Source: the human T2T-CHM13v2.0 reference genome, Homo sapiens. From it: a DNA stretch of 64,000 bases. The notes beneath the pieces were generated by a model. It saw only the letters and a list, made by a program, of their open reading frames with translations. It was not told the origin of the DNA and made no database searches. How positions within the stretch are numbered: position 1 is the first letter of the stretch; each line of letters opens with the position of its first letter. Both the position numbers and the translations under genes were made by a program. The stretch lies in the NCBI RefSeq assembly GCF_009914755.1, contig NC_060925.1; one strand, given 5' to 3'. Below are positions 26,781 to 43,214 of the stretch, piece by piece.

Positions 26781-28113
26781 ATTTTATTTTGAGTATCCTC
26801 CACTCTATTGCTTCCTAAATATATATTTTTACTTCACACATCAGTAAAAAAAAGTTTTAGTGTTAGGGACTGTCCTAGGATTGTCATATACTATTAGAGT
26901 CATTTCATAAAGCAAGGTCTTTTTTACAACCTCGAGATAAGAAGAGCATACATTCAGAAAAAAATAAAACCCTCTCCATGAAAGCACAGTTGGTAATATG
27001 ACACGAGTGGTCTTCGTTTTACTGAGGACCTGCAAAGATGTTGGCATAAATAGCCCCTGTCTGCTGACTGACATTTGGAAACCTTAGCCCAAACGTATAG
27101 CTTGTATACTATGACCCCACCTGGCCCTGGTAGAGTTCTTAGTAGAGTTCTTAGTGACTCTGAATGTCCGTGTGGCCCCATACAGATCATTTCCCTTCTG
27201 TGGGGCTCAGTCCTGACCTATGCAGGGTGCTAGGGTTCTAAGAAGAAAGTGAGGTGGTGACTGAGGCCCCACTCAGCTTTAGATATACCCACAAACTGTA
27301 ATATAAGAGAGAGGCAGAGCTGTGCCTTCTACTAAGGGGACTACGGGTGACCCATATCTGAGCCATGCACTGCTGCTGGTTGCAGGGAGTGGGGTGGTCA
27401 TTTATTTGTGTGAAGGGCAGCCAAGGGAGAGAGGGGAGGCAGCCAGAGTGGGTGGCCGATTCCTGTCTCTGACCCTTGGGGCAGCGCCTGCAGCTCCTGC
27501 CAGGCTCCCACACCTCGGCTAAGAATAGCTCAGCTCTTTCCTGCTGGCCTGCAGTCCTCCGGAGCCCAGAGGAAAGAGAACTGGACTGTCTAACCTCAGG
27601 CTAGGCTGTCCCTTCCGGCGATTCTCTCCTTCGCTCTGGGGACAAAGGCCTGCCAGGGATTTCAGTTCTAGCCTCTGATGTTCCCATCTAATAATAGTGC
27701 TGTGGGGTACAGGGCAGGGTGGTATTCAGGCCACCCTCTAAGGGGTGGGAAGATGGAGGCCTTCAGACTGAAATCAAATGGTTCCCAGTGCTAAGGGTTG
27801 GAGAATGGATGCCTAGGGAAGAGAAAGTCATCGGGGACTTCAGCGTAAGCTGAGGTCAGAGGAGGGAGCATCAGACTGAGTCTCAGAGGGAAAAGAAGTT
27901 CCTGGTTCTGAGTAGGACCAAGGTGGGCCTGGGCACTTGTGTGGACACTCAGCTCACAGCTGGCTCTGAAGCAGGTGGCCTGAAAACTACACTAGGAGAA
28001 ACGCCCTAATGACAGATGGTTTACTGGTCCAGAAAGCAAATCTCTGCATCAGGGACTGGCTCCCGTTCTGACTCCTGAGGTGACATCAGGACCAGCATTA
28101 AGCCCCAGTGACT

Positions 28114-28245
28114 AAGGTGACCATATAATTTATCGCCCAAACAGGGGCACGTTTGACCATGAACAAAGACTGTCAACAATCACACCAGGATGGTGTGCAC
28201 AGGTGGGGATTGTCCGGGGAAAGCCAGGACTTCTGCTTGCTCTAA
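28114..28245 (+). mobile_element. MER94-like hAT MITE
   Basis: AAGGTGACCATATAATTTATCGCCCAAAC start. Confidence 0.65.
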
Positions 28246-28399
28246 CCACTATACATTGCTGAGTGTCTGTGTTCCTCTCTCCATAGATTTCTCAATAAGA
28301 ACACATGAGATGCAATCAATTAAAAAAGAGCTTTAGAGACTGAGGCACCACAGGAATACAGGGATTATAACCAAGCTTCCCTGCATTTCACGGGTCCTG

Positions 28400-28680
28400 T
28401 CCCTTCTGCATAAATCAAGTGGAAGGAAGTTAATTATAGCCACAGAGCTGTGCTCCAGGGCTAGGAAAGAAAGGAGAACCTTTCTCAGGAAGTCCCATTG
28501 CTGGGCTGGGCTGGGGGCCGCCTGGGCAGAGAGATAAGCTGCGCCGATGGGTCGGGAGCAGCAGCCTTGGTGGTTTTCTGCCGCCGAAGTCCTGGCCTGC
28601 AGGAAACCCCAGGGAGGACCCCTGCATCCTCTTTTACAGCAGAATAATCTTAGCACCCAGTTAACTGCCCACAATCTATA
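28400..28680. promoter_or_regulatory. Candidate haematopoietic/endothelial distal enhancer (about -12.3 kb from CD34)
   Basis: ETS AGGAAGT 28424-28430 and CAGGAAGT 28486-28493; CTG-N7-AGATAA 28522-28537; RUNX-like GGTGGTT 28569-28575; palindromic MYB-type CAGTTAACTG 28658-28667. Non-repetitive with retained CpGs. Confidence 0.6.
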
Positions 28681-29173
28681 CAACTCACTTGAACAAATAG
28701 GCTTAATGTATATTAATTAAGGAGTTTGTAAGGGGCAGATACTCTGTTATGTGTCAGATTCTGGGTTAATTTCTGCAGATTTAACAACAAATAGGACAAC
28801 AGTCCTGTCTTTTAAGGAACTCACAGTTGAGCAAGGGGAGGCAGAGGGCTAAATAATTTATGAAGTGATGGAACAATGCTGTTTTGATGGTGATACCTGT
28901 TTAAACCACTCTTTAAACGGATGATAACTGTCTATATAGGAGCACATTTGCCAATGCAGTGAAATTTACTGAGAGGCACGGTGGAATATTTGTGAGGAAT
29001 ATAGGTTTGGAGTCAGTCAGACCTGAATTTGAATTTCAGCTGTTCTAACTCACAAACTGTGTACTCTTTATCCAGTTTCTTTTTTCCATTCTCTCAGAAT
29101 GTGATCAGTAAGTTTCTTAACCCTTCAGAGTTGCCTACTCTGTAAAAGGTAGATAGTAATAGCACTCACTTTA

Positions 29174-29345
29174 TAAAGCAGTACTTCTACATTTTAACGT
29201 ATGAACAAATCACCTGGGAATCTTGCAGAAATGCAGATTCTGACTCAGCAGGTCTGACCTAGGGCCTGGGGTTCTGCATTTTTAACAAGCTCCCAGGTGA
29301 TGCTGCTGCTGCTGATCTGAGGACCACACTTTGAGCAGCAAGGTC
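29174..29345. mobile_element. MER5A-family MITE within a MIR
   Basis: AATCACCTGGG...AAATGCAGATTC...CCCAGGTGATGCTG...ACCACACTTTGAG. Confidence 0.8.
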
Positions 29346-29829
29346 ATAGGATGTTGAAAGATCAACTAAGTGCTGAGCACACATCTAGCAAATAAGTTTA
29401 GTGCTCAATAAATGTGCCCTATTACACTCAAATGTAATGTGAAAAATGGTCATTTATCTTCATTCAAATATCTCCCCCATGTTATCATAAATTAAAAGAA
29501 AATGTCTTAAGTCAGGGAAGCACTCCCTGCCACATCTCTAGGGTACCATATGAGGCCAGTTCTTTTCATCATCCATGACATTGGGAAGAAGAGAGGAATG
29601 GAAGATTCAGAATGTATTTCTCATACCATATAGTTCAGCAGTAACTTTATGACCCCCAAATCCTCCTGATGTGAGGAGTGGTGGGAACTCTTGCTGAACT
29701 GTGACATCTCTCCTGCCAAATGTGGAAGCTGTGAAGGCACCACTCTCAGACCCAATATGAACAGTAAATACTAACGGTAAAGTGCAGATATCCAAAACAT
29801 GACTAAAATCCACATATTTTTGTAAGCTT

Positions 29830-30375
29830 TGGTGGTTTTAAGATATGGCCCCAAATTTGTCAATGCCCTTATTATTGAGAGGCAGGCTCTAGGTCCCCCA
29901 CCCCTTAAATCTGAGCTAGTGTGTGACTGCTTCAACTGAGTAACACAGCAGTGCTGCTGTGTGACTTCTGAGACCAGAGCAGAAAGCGCCCTGCAGCTTC
30001 CTCCTGTCTCCTTTGGAATGCTTGCTCTCCTGACACACTCCCTGTCTTGGATCCAGCTGCCGCGTGCCACATGAGAGGTCCTGCCTAGGCGCTCTGGTTG
30101 ACAGCCTCAGCTGAGCCCAGCCTTTCAGTAATCCCAGCTCAGGCGCCGGGCATGTAAACGAAGGAGCTGCCAGATGCTTCCACCTCCCAGTTGTTCAAGT
30201 TACCCCCAGCCATTCCAGTTTTCCCAGCTGAGGCCTCAGGCACGGTGGAGCAGGGACAAGCCCTTCCTGCTGTGCTCTGACCCACACACTTCATGAAGAG
30301 AATAAAATGCTTGTTGTTCTATGCCAGTAAGTTCTGGCATAGAGCAAGTAATTTGTTCCTCAGCAACAAATAATT
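29830..30375 (+). mobile_element. MaLR LTR (MLT1G/H-like)
   Basis: TGGTGGTTTTAAGATATGGCCCC start; typical MLT1 3' end. Confidence 0.7.
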
Positions 30376-30482
30376 CAAACATAAACATTATTTTTTTATT
30401 TAGTATAAAAAATAAATCTGGTACTTAAGCAGAATATGTATGGAAAAAAATTTTAAATATCGTATTTAAAAATTAAAGATAA

Positions 30483-31700
<1,218 letters not shown>

Positions 31701-33394
31701 CAATTTTCTAAAATTTTATGTAAATTCAAAGGGCCAATAATAGCCAAGCCAATCTTGAAGAGAACAAAGCTGGAGGTCTTATATTTTTATAAATCAAGAT
31801 CTATCATAGAGGTAGTAACTAAGGTAGTGTGGTTTTGGAATGAGGATAGATAAACTGATGAATGGAACAGAACAGAGTCAGGAACACACTTACCTGTGTT
31901 TGGTCACATGATTTATGTCAAAGGTGACAAATCAGAGATGATGACGATACAGAAGAGCAATAGACAAGTGTGCAGAGAAGAAAAGAGTGTCACAGAACCC
32001 AAGGGATGAAGGAACTTCAAGAAGGAAGGAGAGATCAACAGTGTCAAATACAGTAGTTGTCTATGAAGCTGAAAAGTTACTTTGAATTTGACTTGCAATG
32101 CAATGTTAATGTCTTAAAATGGGCTCTTCCAGTCAAGTGGACAGGAGTCAGATTATAGTGTTTTGCAGAGTGAGTAGAAGTGATGGGTTAGACATAGGAA
32201 GCCTGGGCTGTTCCTCCAAGAACCTGGATGAGAAGGGAGGCAAAAAATTTACAAGTGTATAAGGAACAGGTGTTCCTTATTTATTTGTTAAGGCTAGCGG
32301 AGACTTGAGTATGTTTCTAAGCTGAGGAGAAGATGAAAGTTGAGAGGAAAAGGAAAATACATGTCATTGAAGATGTATTATATTGCTAGTCCAGAGGAAA
32401 TCCAGTGTATTCCAGGAGAGAGGAAGATTAAGAGTCAAGAATAACAGGTGGATAAACTGAATTTTATGTATCTTTAAATGTCTCCAGAAACTATTATAAT
32501 AACATTTCAGTTAAAATAGCCTCAATGCTTGGACATTCTCAGTTATGTCTCAAAGGTCTTTTAGCTGCCTAAAAAATGTATTTTGAAATACTTCAGGCAT
32601 AAAAAAGACTATAAAGAGCATTGTAAGGAACTTATGAACTCTCCATTCACCTTAAGAAATGCGACATTACCAGAAGTGAAGAGTCCTTTAGCTCTCATTT
32701 CTGATCATGACTTCCTCCCCTCCCCAATATCTTCAAAGGGAATCCTCATCTGGAGTTTGCTGTTTATAGTTCCTGAGCATTTCTTTATACAAAACATATA
32801 TTTGCACTTATCTCTAAGGGATATATATATTGTCTTACAATTTTGCATATTTTAAGTAAATGGCATCATGTATATTCTGCAACTTGGTTTTATTCCTCAA
32901 TATTTTTGTAAAATTGACTTTTGCTGACACATGCAACTCCAGTTTATTAATTTTTACTGGTGTGTGGCATTCCATTATATGGATACAACATAATTTATTT
33001 ATCTTCTCACCTATTGATATTTCCAGTATTTTTCAATTACAAACATTGACACAATGAACATTCTTGTACATGTTACCACGTACACATATGCAATAAATTA
33101 TTTATGGTACATACATACCTAGAGGTAAGATTGCCGAGTTGTTGACAAGTGAATATGCTCAGCTTCAGTAAAGCTAAATTCACAAATTGCTATTTGGTGT
33201 GGTTGTTCCTATTGATCAGGTCTGGAAAATTCTCAGCAATTATCTCTGCAAATATTCCCTTTGCCCCATATCCTCCATCCTTTCTTTCTGGAGCTCTAAT
33301 TGAATACTGATCAGAACTTCTCAATATAGCCTCTATATCTCTTAACTTCTCTTTCATATTTTCTACCTCTTTGAATATCTGAGCTGCATTTTAG

Positions 33395-33713
<319 letters not shown>

Positions 33714-34256
33714 TAATGTTTTATCACTTCTTCACCTTTTGGTTAAGAGCAAGTGTATTATCTATTTTACTATTTACTAATTCAACTAATTATGTCTTCA
33801 GTTGTACTTTATTTTGAATCATATATTTTAATTCTAATCTTTGATTTTTATGTTACAAAATACATCACACAGGTAGAGTACTCCAAAATTGGATTGCTTC
33901 AAGTGATGTTTATATTTTTAGGGTACAGATTATTTATCAGATGTATGTTGTAATATCTTCTCCCAGTCTGTCATGTGTCCTTTTTAAACATGATTTCTTT
34001 TGCTCTGTAGAAGTTTTCAACTTTAGTGTAGTCTAATTCATCAGTCTCTTCCTTTACGAATTGTGCCTTTTGTATCTTGTATAAGTTTTTTTTACATTGT
34101 AATCTTAAAAATATCATCTTAGAATTTTATCCAAAAATCTTAAGTTTTTTACATTTTGTCTTTAATTCTATTGGAATTAATATTGATTTTGTAATGATGT
34201 TGGTATCCAGTATTACTACTTTACATGAGGCTCATTGGTCCAGCATTAATTAGTTA

Positions 34257-36653
34257 CAGGCATACCTCAGAGATATTGTAGATTTAGTTCCAGACCACTG
34301 CAGTAAAGCACATAGCTCAATGAATCAAGTCACACATTTTTTTTAATTTCCCAGTGCATATAAAAGTTATATTTACCCTATACTATAGTCTATTAAATGT
34401 GAAATAGCATAATGTCTATAAAAACAATGTACATACCTTATTTTAAAAATATTTTATTGCTAAAAAATGCTAATGATCATCTGAGCCTTTGGTGAGTAGT
34501 AATCTTTTTGCTGGTGGAGGGTCTTGCCTTGATGTTGATGGCTGCTGACTTATCAGGGCAGTGGTTGCTGAAGGTTGGGGTGGCTGGGGCAATTTCTTAA
34601 AATAAGACAACAATGAAGTTCACTGCATTGATTTAATCTTGCTTTCATGAAAGATTTCTCTGGAGCATAAGATGCTGTTTGACAACATTTTACCCACAGT
34701 AGAACTTCTTTCAAAATTGGGGTCAGTACTCAAACCCTGCCCTGTCAACTAAGTTTATGTAATACTCTAAATCCTTTGTTGTATTCCAACAGTGTTCAGA
34801 GCATGTTCACAAGGAGTAGAATTCCATCTCAAGGAACCACTCTCATTGCTCATCCACAAGAAGCAACTCAACTCCTCGTCTGTTAAAGTTTGATCATGAG
34901 ATCACAGAAATTCAGTCCCATCTTCAGTCTTCACTTTTAATCCTAGTTCTCTTGTTATTTCCATCACATGTGCAGTTACTTCCTCCACTAAAGACTTGAA
35001 CCCTTCAAAGTTATCCATGAGAATTAGAATCAACTTCTTCCAAACTCCTGGTAATGTTGATATTTTGACCTCCTCCCATGAATCACGAATGTACTTAATG
35101 GCATCTAGAATGGTGAATCCTTTCCAGAAGATTTCCCATTCACTTTGCCCAGATCCACCAGGGGACTCACTATTTATGGCAGCTACAGGGTTACAAAATG
35201 TATTTCTTAAATAATGACTTGAAAGTCAAAATTACTGCTCGATTCACAGGCAGCAGAATAGATGTTATCTTAACAGGCATGAAAACAACATTCATCTCCT
35301 TGTACATCTCCATCAGAGGTCTTGGGTGACTAGGTACATTGTCAATAAGCAGTAATATTTTGAAAGGAATCTTTTTTTCCTGAGTGGTAGGTCTCAACAG
35401 TGGGCTTAAAATATTCAATAAAGCATCATATAAATAGATCTGCTGTCATATCTGGGCTTTGTTTTTCCATTTATAGAGCACAGGCAGAGCAGATTTACCA
35501 TAATTCTTAAGGGCCCTAGGATTTTCAAAATGGTAAAGAAGCATTGACTTCAGCTTAAAATCATCAGCTGCATTAGCCCCTAACAAGAGTCAGCCTATCC
35601 TTTGAAGCTCTGAGGTCAGACATTGACTTCTGCTTAGCTATAAAAACCCTAGATGGCATTTTCTTTCAATGCATGGTTGTTTCATCTACATTGAAAGTAT
35701 GTTGTTTAGTGTGGCCACCTTCATCAATGATCTCGCCTAGATCTTCTGGATAACTTGCTGCAGCTTCTACATTAGCACTTGCCACTTCACCTTGTATATT
35801 TATGTTATGGAGATGGCTTCTTTCCTTAAACCTCATTAACCAGCCTCTGCTGGCTTCCAGCTTTTCTTCTGCCACTTCCTCACCTTTCTCAGCCTTCACA
35901 GAATTGAAGAAAGTTATAGCCTTGTTCTGGAGTAGGGTTTGGCTTCAGGGAATGTTGTGGCTGGTTTGATCTTCTATTCAAACCACTAAAACTTTCTCTA
36001 TATCAGCAATAAGGCTATTTCACTTTTTTATCATCTGTGTATTCATTGGCATAACAATTTTATTTCCTTCAAGAACTTTTCCTTTGCATTTACAACTTTG
36101 CTGTTTCATGCAAAAGGCCTAGCTTTTGGCCTTTCTCAGCTTTCAACAGCCGTTCCTCTCTAAGCTTAATTATTTCTAGCTTTTCATTTAATGTGAGGCA
36201 TGTGTGACTCTTCCTTTGTACTTAAACACGTAGGGGCCATTATAGGATAATTCATTGGCCTAATTTCATTATTGTCATATCTCAGGAAATAGGGAGGCTT
36301 GGGGAGAGGGAGAGAGAAGGGAGAATGGCCAGTCTGTGGAGCAGTGAGAGAACACACAAGATGTATCCATTAAACTCTCTGTCTTTCATGGGCACAGTTC
36401 ATGACATCCCCCCAAAATGACATTAGTAACATCAAAGATGACTTATCACAGATCACTACAACAGATATAATAATAATGAAAAAGGTTGAAATATTGCAAG
36501 AATTTTCAAAATGTGACACAGAGGCAAAGAGTGAGCACATGCTGCTCAACAATGGTGCCAATGAACTTGCTGGATGCAGGGTTGCCACAAACCTTCAAAT
36601 TGTAAAAAACTCAGTGTCAATATGGAGAGACACAATAAAGTGAGGACTGCCTG
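34257..36653 (-). mobile_element. Full-length Tigger1 (TcMar-Tigger DNA transposon), decayed transposase
   Basis: Ends are TA|CAGGCATACCTC and GAGGACTGCCTG; length about 2.4 kb. ORF remnants [12 protein letters not shown]...FNVDET (35666-35899) and [13 protein letters not shown] (35191-35418). Confidence 0.93.
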
Positions 36654-37048
36654 TCAGAGTCAGTCTTTTCTTTATCAATCTTAAATGTCATTCCAATCTT
36701 AGATAAATGTTCCACGTATGTATATTTCTAGATGCTGTAGTCTATTCCATTCATTTATATTTCTATCCTGTGTCAATACCTCACTATCTCAATTACCATA
36801 GCTTCGAAATAAATCTTGATATATAGATGGTAGGGGCAATCCCCTCCACTTCATCCTTTTTCTTCAAAAATATCTGGACTATCATTGAACTTTCACTCTT
36901 TCATATAAATTTTAGAATCAGCTTACCCAGAAAAACCATGCTGGCTTTAAAAAATTATAATTATGGCAAATAAAAAGATTAAATTGGAGATGCAGGAGAG
37001 TTTATGATATTAAGTCTGTCTATCTATACATGAACATCACAAAGCTAA

Positions 37049-37351
<303 letters not shown>

Positions 37352-39032
37352 TAAGTCTTTTTTAATGTCTCAAGACATTTTATCATTTTCTACCCCAAAT
37401 GAATGCAGTTTTGCTGTTAGATTCATTCCTGGGTAACTACTGCTTGCCATTACCAATGATATCTAAATAATTTGTTGTGTCGTATAGGAAGAAACCCATT
37501 TTTGTACATTCATACAATCAGCAACTTGGAACTTGGATTTATTTTAAATATACACAATCAAATCAACAGTGAATATGACAGTTTTATCTCTTCTTTTACA
37601 TTTATTTCTTTTTCTTTTCTTGCTGCGCTGGCCAGAACAGAAAGCATGATGTTAAATAGAAGCAATGAATCTGGACATCTTTGTTCTGTTCCTGATTTTA
37701 AAGGAAATATTTCTGACATTTCACCAGGAAGAATAATTTCCTTTAAGTTTAGACCAATGGTTCTCAAACTTCTGTGTGTTTTAGAATTTCCTTGACCACT
37801 CAATCACAACAATCACAGATTGCTGGATCCCAGCTCCAGGATTCCTGATTCAGTAGGTCTAAGGTAGGATTGGAGAATTTTCATTTCTAACAAATTTCCA
37901 GGTGCTACTGATGCTGCTGGCCCAGGGGCCATGTTTTGAGACTCACTGGATTAGACATAAATTTTGTTGGAGACTGACAGCTGTTTTCAATTCTCTTACC
38001 TATTCTTCCCTTCCCCCTTGGTAATAGAACCCTGAATTTAGTTGAGAACATTGCAGCCCAGGGAAAAGACTACAATTCCCAGACTTACTTATCGTTAAGT
38101 GTGGCCATGTGACTAAGTTTGGGCCAAGAAAATTAAAGCCAAGTGTTGTTTGAGATTTCTGGAAGACTCCTTAAAAGGGAGATGTTCCGGTTATATATTG
38201 CTATGAAGGAAACTGCATACTCTCAGAGGCTCAAAACAAACATTTTACTTTGCTCACAGTTTCATAGATCAGGAATTCAGAAATGGTCTGGCTGGATGGT
38301 TTATCTCTGATCCACATGGTGTCAACTGAGATAGCTAGGGCTGGGGCATCCACTTCCAGGATGACTTCTTCACTCTTATGTCTGGCACCTCTGTGCTCCT
38401 CGATCTCTTATCACATGACTTCTCTTCCTCCAGGGCCTTTCTATGGAGCTTGGGCTTTTCTCACAGCATGGTGGTCCCAGAATAATCACCTTGAGCCCGG
38501 CTGCTAGGAGGAAGGAAGCAGTAGCCATGAGTCCAGTTAAGGGATATGCCTGGAATTGGCACAGTGTCATTTCTGCCATATTTTATTGGTCAAAGAAGAA
38601 AATCCTTCAATATTCATGGGAGTAGAGAAATAACTCCATTCTTTGGTGGGAGAATGGAAAGGTCACATTGCAAAAGAACATTTGGGATGAGAGATATTGC
38701 TGTGGCCATATTTGGAAAATAGGAACTGCCACAGGAGGGATGGGAAGCAGAAGTATGATGGCTGTCTTGGACCATGAAATTGAAGCCAAGCATTGTGATG
38801 GCAAAGTAAAGAGAAGCCTAGGTCCCTGATGATGCCATAGAGTCACTATACCATCACTGGTGTTTGAGAGAAATGATTTTTTTTCTCTTGATATTTGAAG
38901 GAGATTTCTGTTATGTGCAGATGATTCTAATCCTAATTAATACAATACTCTTTTTAACATAAACCAGTATTAACCTTTGTTAAATTTTTTCCAGAATCTA
39001 TAGCAATAATCATATTGGTTTTTTTTCTTTAA

Positions 39033-39366
<334 letters not shown>

Positions 39367-39845
39367 TAGTATTTTGTCTTGAATTCTGTATCTCTGCTTA
39401 TTAATGGGTTGATATGTGATTTTTCTTTCTTACTGTCCTAGTATGCTTTTGCTTTAAAGTTCTATTAGCCTGGTAAAATAAGTGGTTAGTATTTCTTCTT
39501 TGTCTATTATCTGGAAGTATTTATATAAATTGGAATTACTTGTTCCTTGACTGTTTTACAGAACTCACCACTAAAATGTCTGAGTCTTGGGTGAGAATGT
39601 ATCTGTGTGGGTAAATTTTTATCCTTATTCAACTTATTTAATAATTATAGCAACATGCAGATTTTCTATTTATTTTTTAGTCAGTTTTGATGTGTAATAT
39701 TTTCTCTTTGATCTGTTTTCAAACTTTAAAGTACATAATTGTTCATACTAGTCTCGGTATTTAAAACTATCTTGTATATCTACAGTTATGAGTTATTTTC
39801 AAATTCCAATATTTATTATTTTCCTTCTTTCTTTTTTAAAAAAAT

Positions 39846-40297
39846 TAAGGAAGGAGGCCACCTCTCTTATTGTCTCATACCTCAGAAAAAGAAAGAGGAA
39901 GTAAAAGTTAAAGAAAGGCAAAAATGAGATCAATAAACAGCCCTGTGCTGCACCCCAGACCTGGTCTAGTAGTTAAAAATCAACCCCTGACCTAACCACT
40001 TGTATTATCTATAGATTCCAGGCATTGTATGAGAAAGCACTGTGAAACTTTCTGTTCTGTTCTGTCTTGATTACTGATGCATGCAGCCCCAGCCACGTAC
40101 CCCATGCTTGCTCAATCAATCATGACCCTTTCACATGGACTCCCTTAGAGCTGTAAGCCCTTAAAAGGGGCAGGCATTTCTCTCTTGGGGAGCTCTGTTT
40201 TTTGGATGCAAGTCTGCTGAAGCTCCTGGCTGAATAAAGCCACTTCCTTCTTTAACCCAGTGTCTGAGGGGTTTTGTCCACAGCTCATCCTCCTGCA
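39846..40297 (+). mobile_element. Solo ERV1 LTR (LTR2/LTR15-like)
   Basis: Starts TAAGGAAGGAGGCCACC and ends ...CCTGCA. 4-bp TSD AAAT on both sides; internal CTTAAAA and AATAAA. Confidence 0.85.
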
Positions 40298-42524
40298 AAA
40301 TCAATCTAGTTACAAAGTGTCAGTCTTTAAAATCTCAAAACATCAACTTTTGGCTTTGTTCTCTTTGTGCATTCTGTTGTTCTTTTTGCAATTTCTTAAG
40401 ACATTTAACTCATTAATTTCCATTCTTATTTTCTAATATAAATATTTAAGTCTGCAAAATCGCCACCAATATCTCCTTTTCTGTGTTACACATAATTGGA
40501 TATGTAGTATTTTACTACCATTTAAGCTTACGTTTTTTCCAATTTCCACCTTGATTTATTCTTCAGTACATGGATTTTTTAGAAACATTTTTAAATTTTC
40601 AAAAATCTTGGATTTGTTATCTTTGTAAAGAAACCACTTAGCTCCATTTTGGTCAGAATAGATAGTGTCTATGATATGACAACTTTCCTACTTACAGAGA
40701 CTTGTTTAATAACCTAATAATACATGTTGATAAGTGTTCCTTTACTTGAGCAGATGTACATTTGCCAGTTGGTAGTTTCAGAGTACTATATACAGCTACT
40801 GGAATAAATATTGATTATATCACTTAAATCTACTGGTAGCTGATTGACTGCTTAATCTATTAATGTAATATTGTTGTGATTGATTGCATTAAAATCTTTC
40901 ACTAAGTATATAGATTTTTGTTGTTTTCTTTTCATAGTTCTATCAATTTTGCTTTGTATGTTTGAAACTATATTATTAGGTATAGAATGGGATAGAATTA
41001 AAACAATATTTAATTATATTAATCTTCAGTAAGCTTTTTGCATTAAAGTCGATCTTGTTTGATATTAATATAAATACATGAGTTTTTTTCTATCAGTATT
41101 TGCCTGAATTACTAACTTGCCTCTTACTTTTGACATTTCTGCATCTTGTGTCTTTACATTTAAGATGTGTCTTTTGTAAACAGTATTAAGCTGACTTTTT
41201 ATTTTAATCATCTCTATCGTTTAATTGGTAGGTTTTTAGTCTACTTACAATTATTATAATTATTTATTCATTTAGATTTATTTCTATCATTGTATTTCAT
41301 GTTTCCTATTTGTCCTACTTTTAAAAACTCTTTTTTCTTTATTTTCATTTTTTTAGATAGGTCATTTTTCTTAATTCAATTTTTTTCCTCTTATACTAAT
41401 TTGGAAGTTCAGTGTTCTATTTCAATTATTTGAGAGGTTAGACTTAAACTTTTAGCAGTATATTAATCTTAACAAAGTCTAAGATTAATACCTTCATTTT
41501 TTTCAAACATTCAAGGATTTCCCCTTTTGTGTTACAGGATATTGTATTCTGTTAATTGAAATCTATTTTCATTCATTTTTCATCAGCAAATATTTATTGA
41601 GTGCTTACTGTATGCCAACACTGTCATAGTAGCACACAATACATCAGTAAACAAAATCTTCCAAAATAAGAATTCTTAACCCCCACCCTTATAAGGTCAG
41701 CCTATAGTTAAGAGTTCTAGGGGAACTTTTTTTGTCCCTACTCCACCACACCCCCAAAGTCCAGATGCAAAAAGAAAAATTTCCTTGTGATTTATCTTTA
41801 TATAAACTGTCAGAAATAAAAGTGGAAATAAACAATTAAATAGCACATACATACACATTTGTAAAATATGTATAGATATATGTATATGTGTGCATATCCA
41901 TGCACGCATATAAACAAAGATTTTATCAGAATATATCCCTGTGTACTTTAAAGACTCCTATTTGTCACAAAGCTGATTATCAAAAATAAAAGGAAAAAAA
42001 AGCAGAAAAAGAAAAAAAGCATACCTTCTCCTCATTTCCCCTGTCTACATCAGCCACATTCCTCTCTTTTTACAAATTCTTTTGGCATTTACCTCCATAT
42101 TTATTTTAAAAACATGCTTATATTACTACTTCCTGATTTTTTCTATTTCTGTCATTACAAGTAAATTCCCGAGGTTGGCAGAGGAGGTTTAGCTGTTTTG
42201 CTTTACCTCCTCCATTATACCATTTACTCTCCTGCCCCACAAGGTTAATTCCAGGGATGACAATACGTGGTTCATTTTGCACAGTTATATCCTAATACTG
42301 ATGTGGACAATCTTTATTTCGCATTTACTATTTTAAAATTATACAAACTCTATAGGTGAACAAAGTAACTTAAATATTTTCTGCCTTTTCTGAACTATTT
42401 TTTTATTTTCCCTGCTAATAAACATAGTCTTGAGTTTTTACTTGGTGTGGGTTTTGTTCATCTATATAGCTGAGTGCTTGATAAGTCTTTTGTCTCTGGA
42501 AACACATAACTGGCCATTTGGGGG

Positions 42525-43214
<690 letters not shown>

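Noticed and set aside
27131-27154. 12-bp tandem duplication TAGAGTTCTTAG
   Set aside because: An ordinary slippage event.
35191-35899. Tigger1 ORFs as a domesticated TIGD-like gene
   Set aside because: The transposase is broken into short frames by stops and frameshifts.
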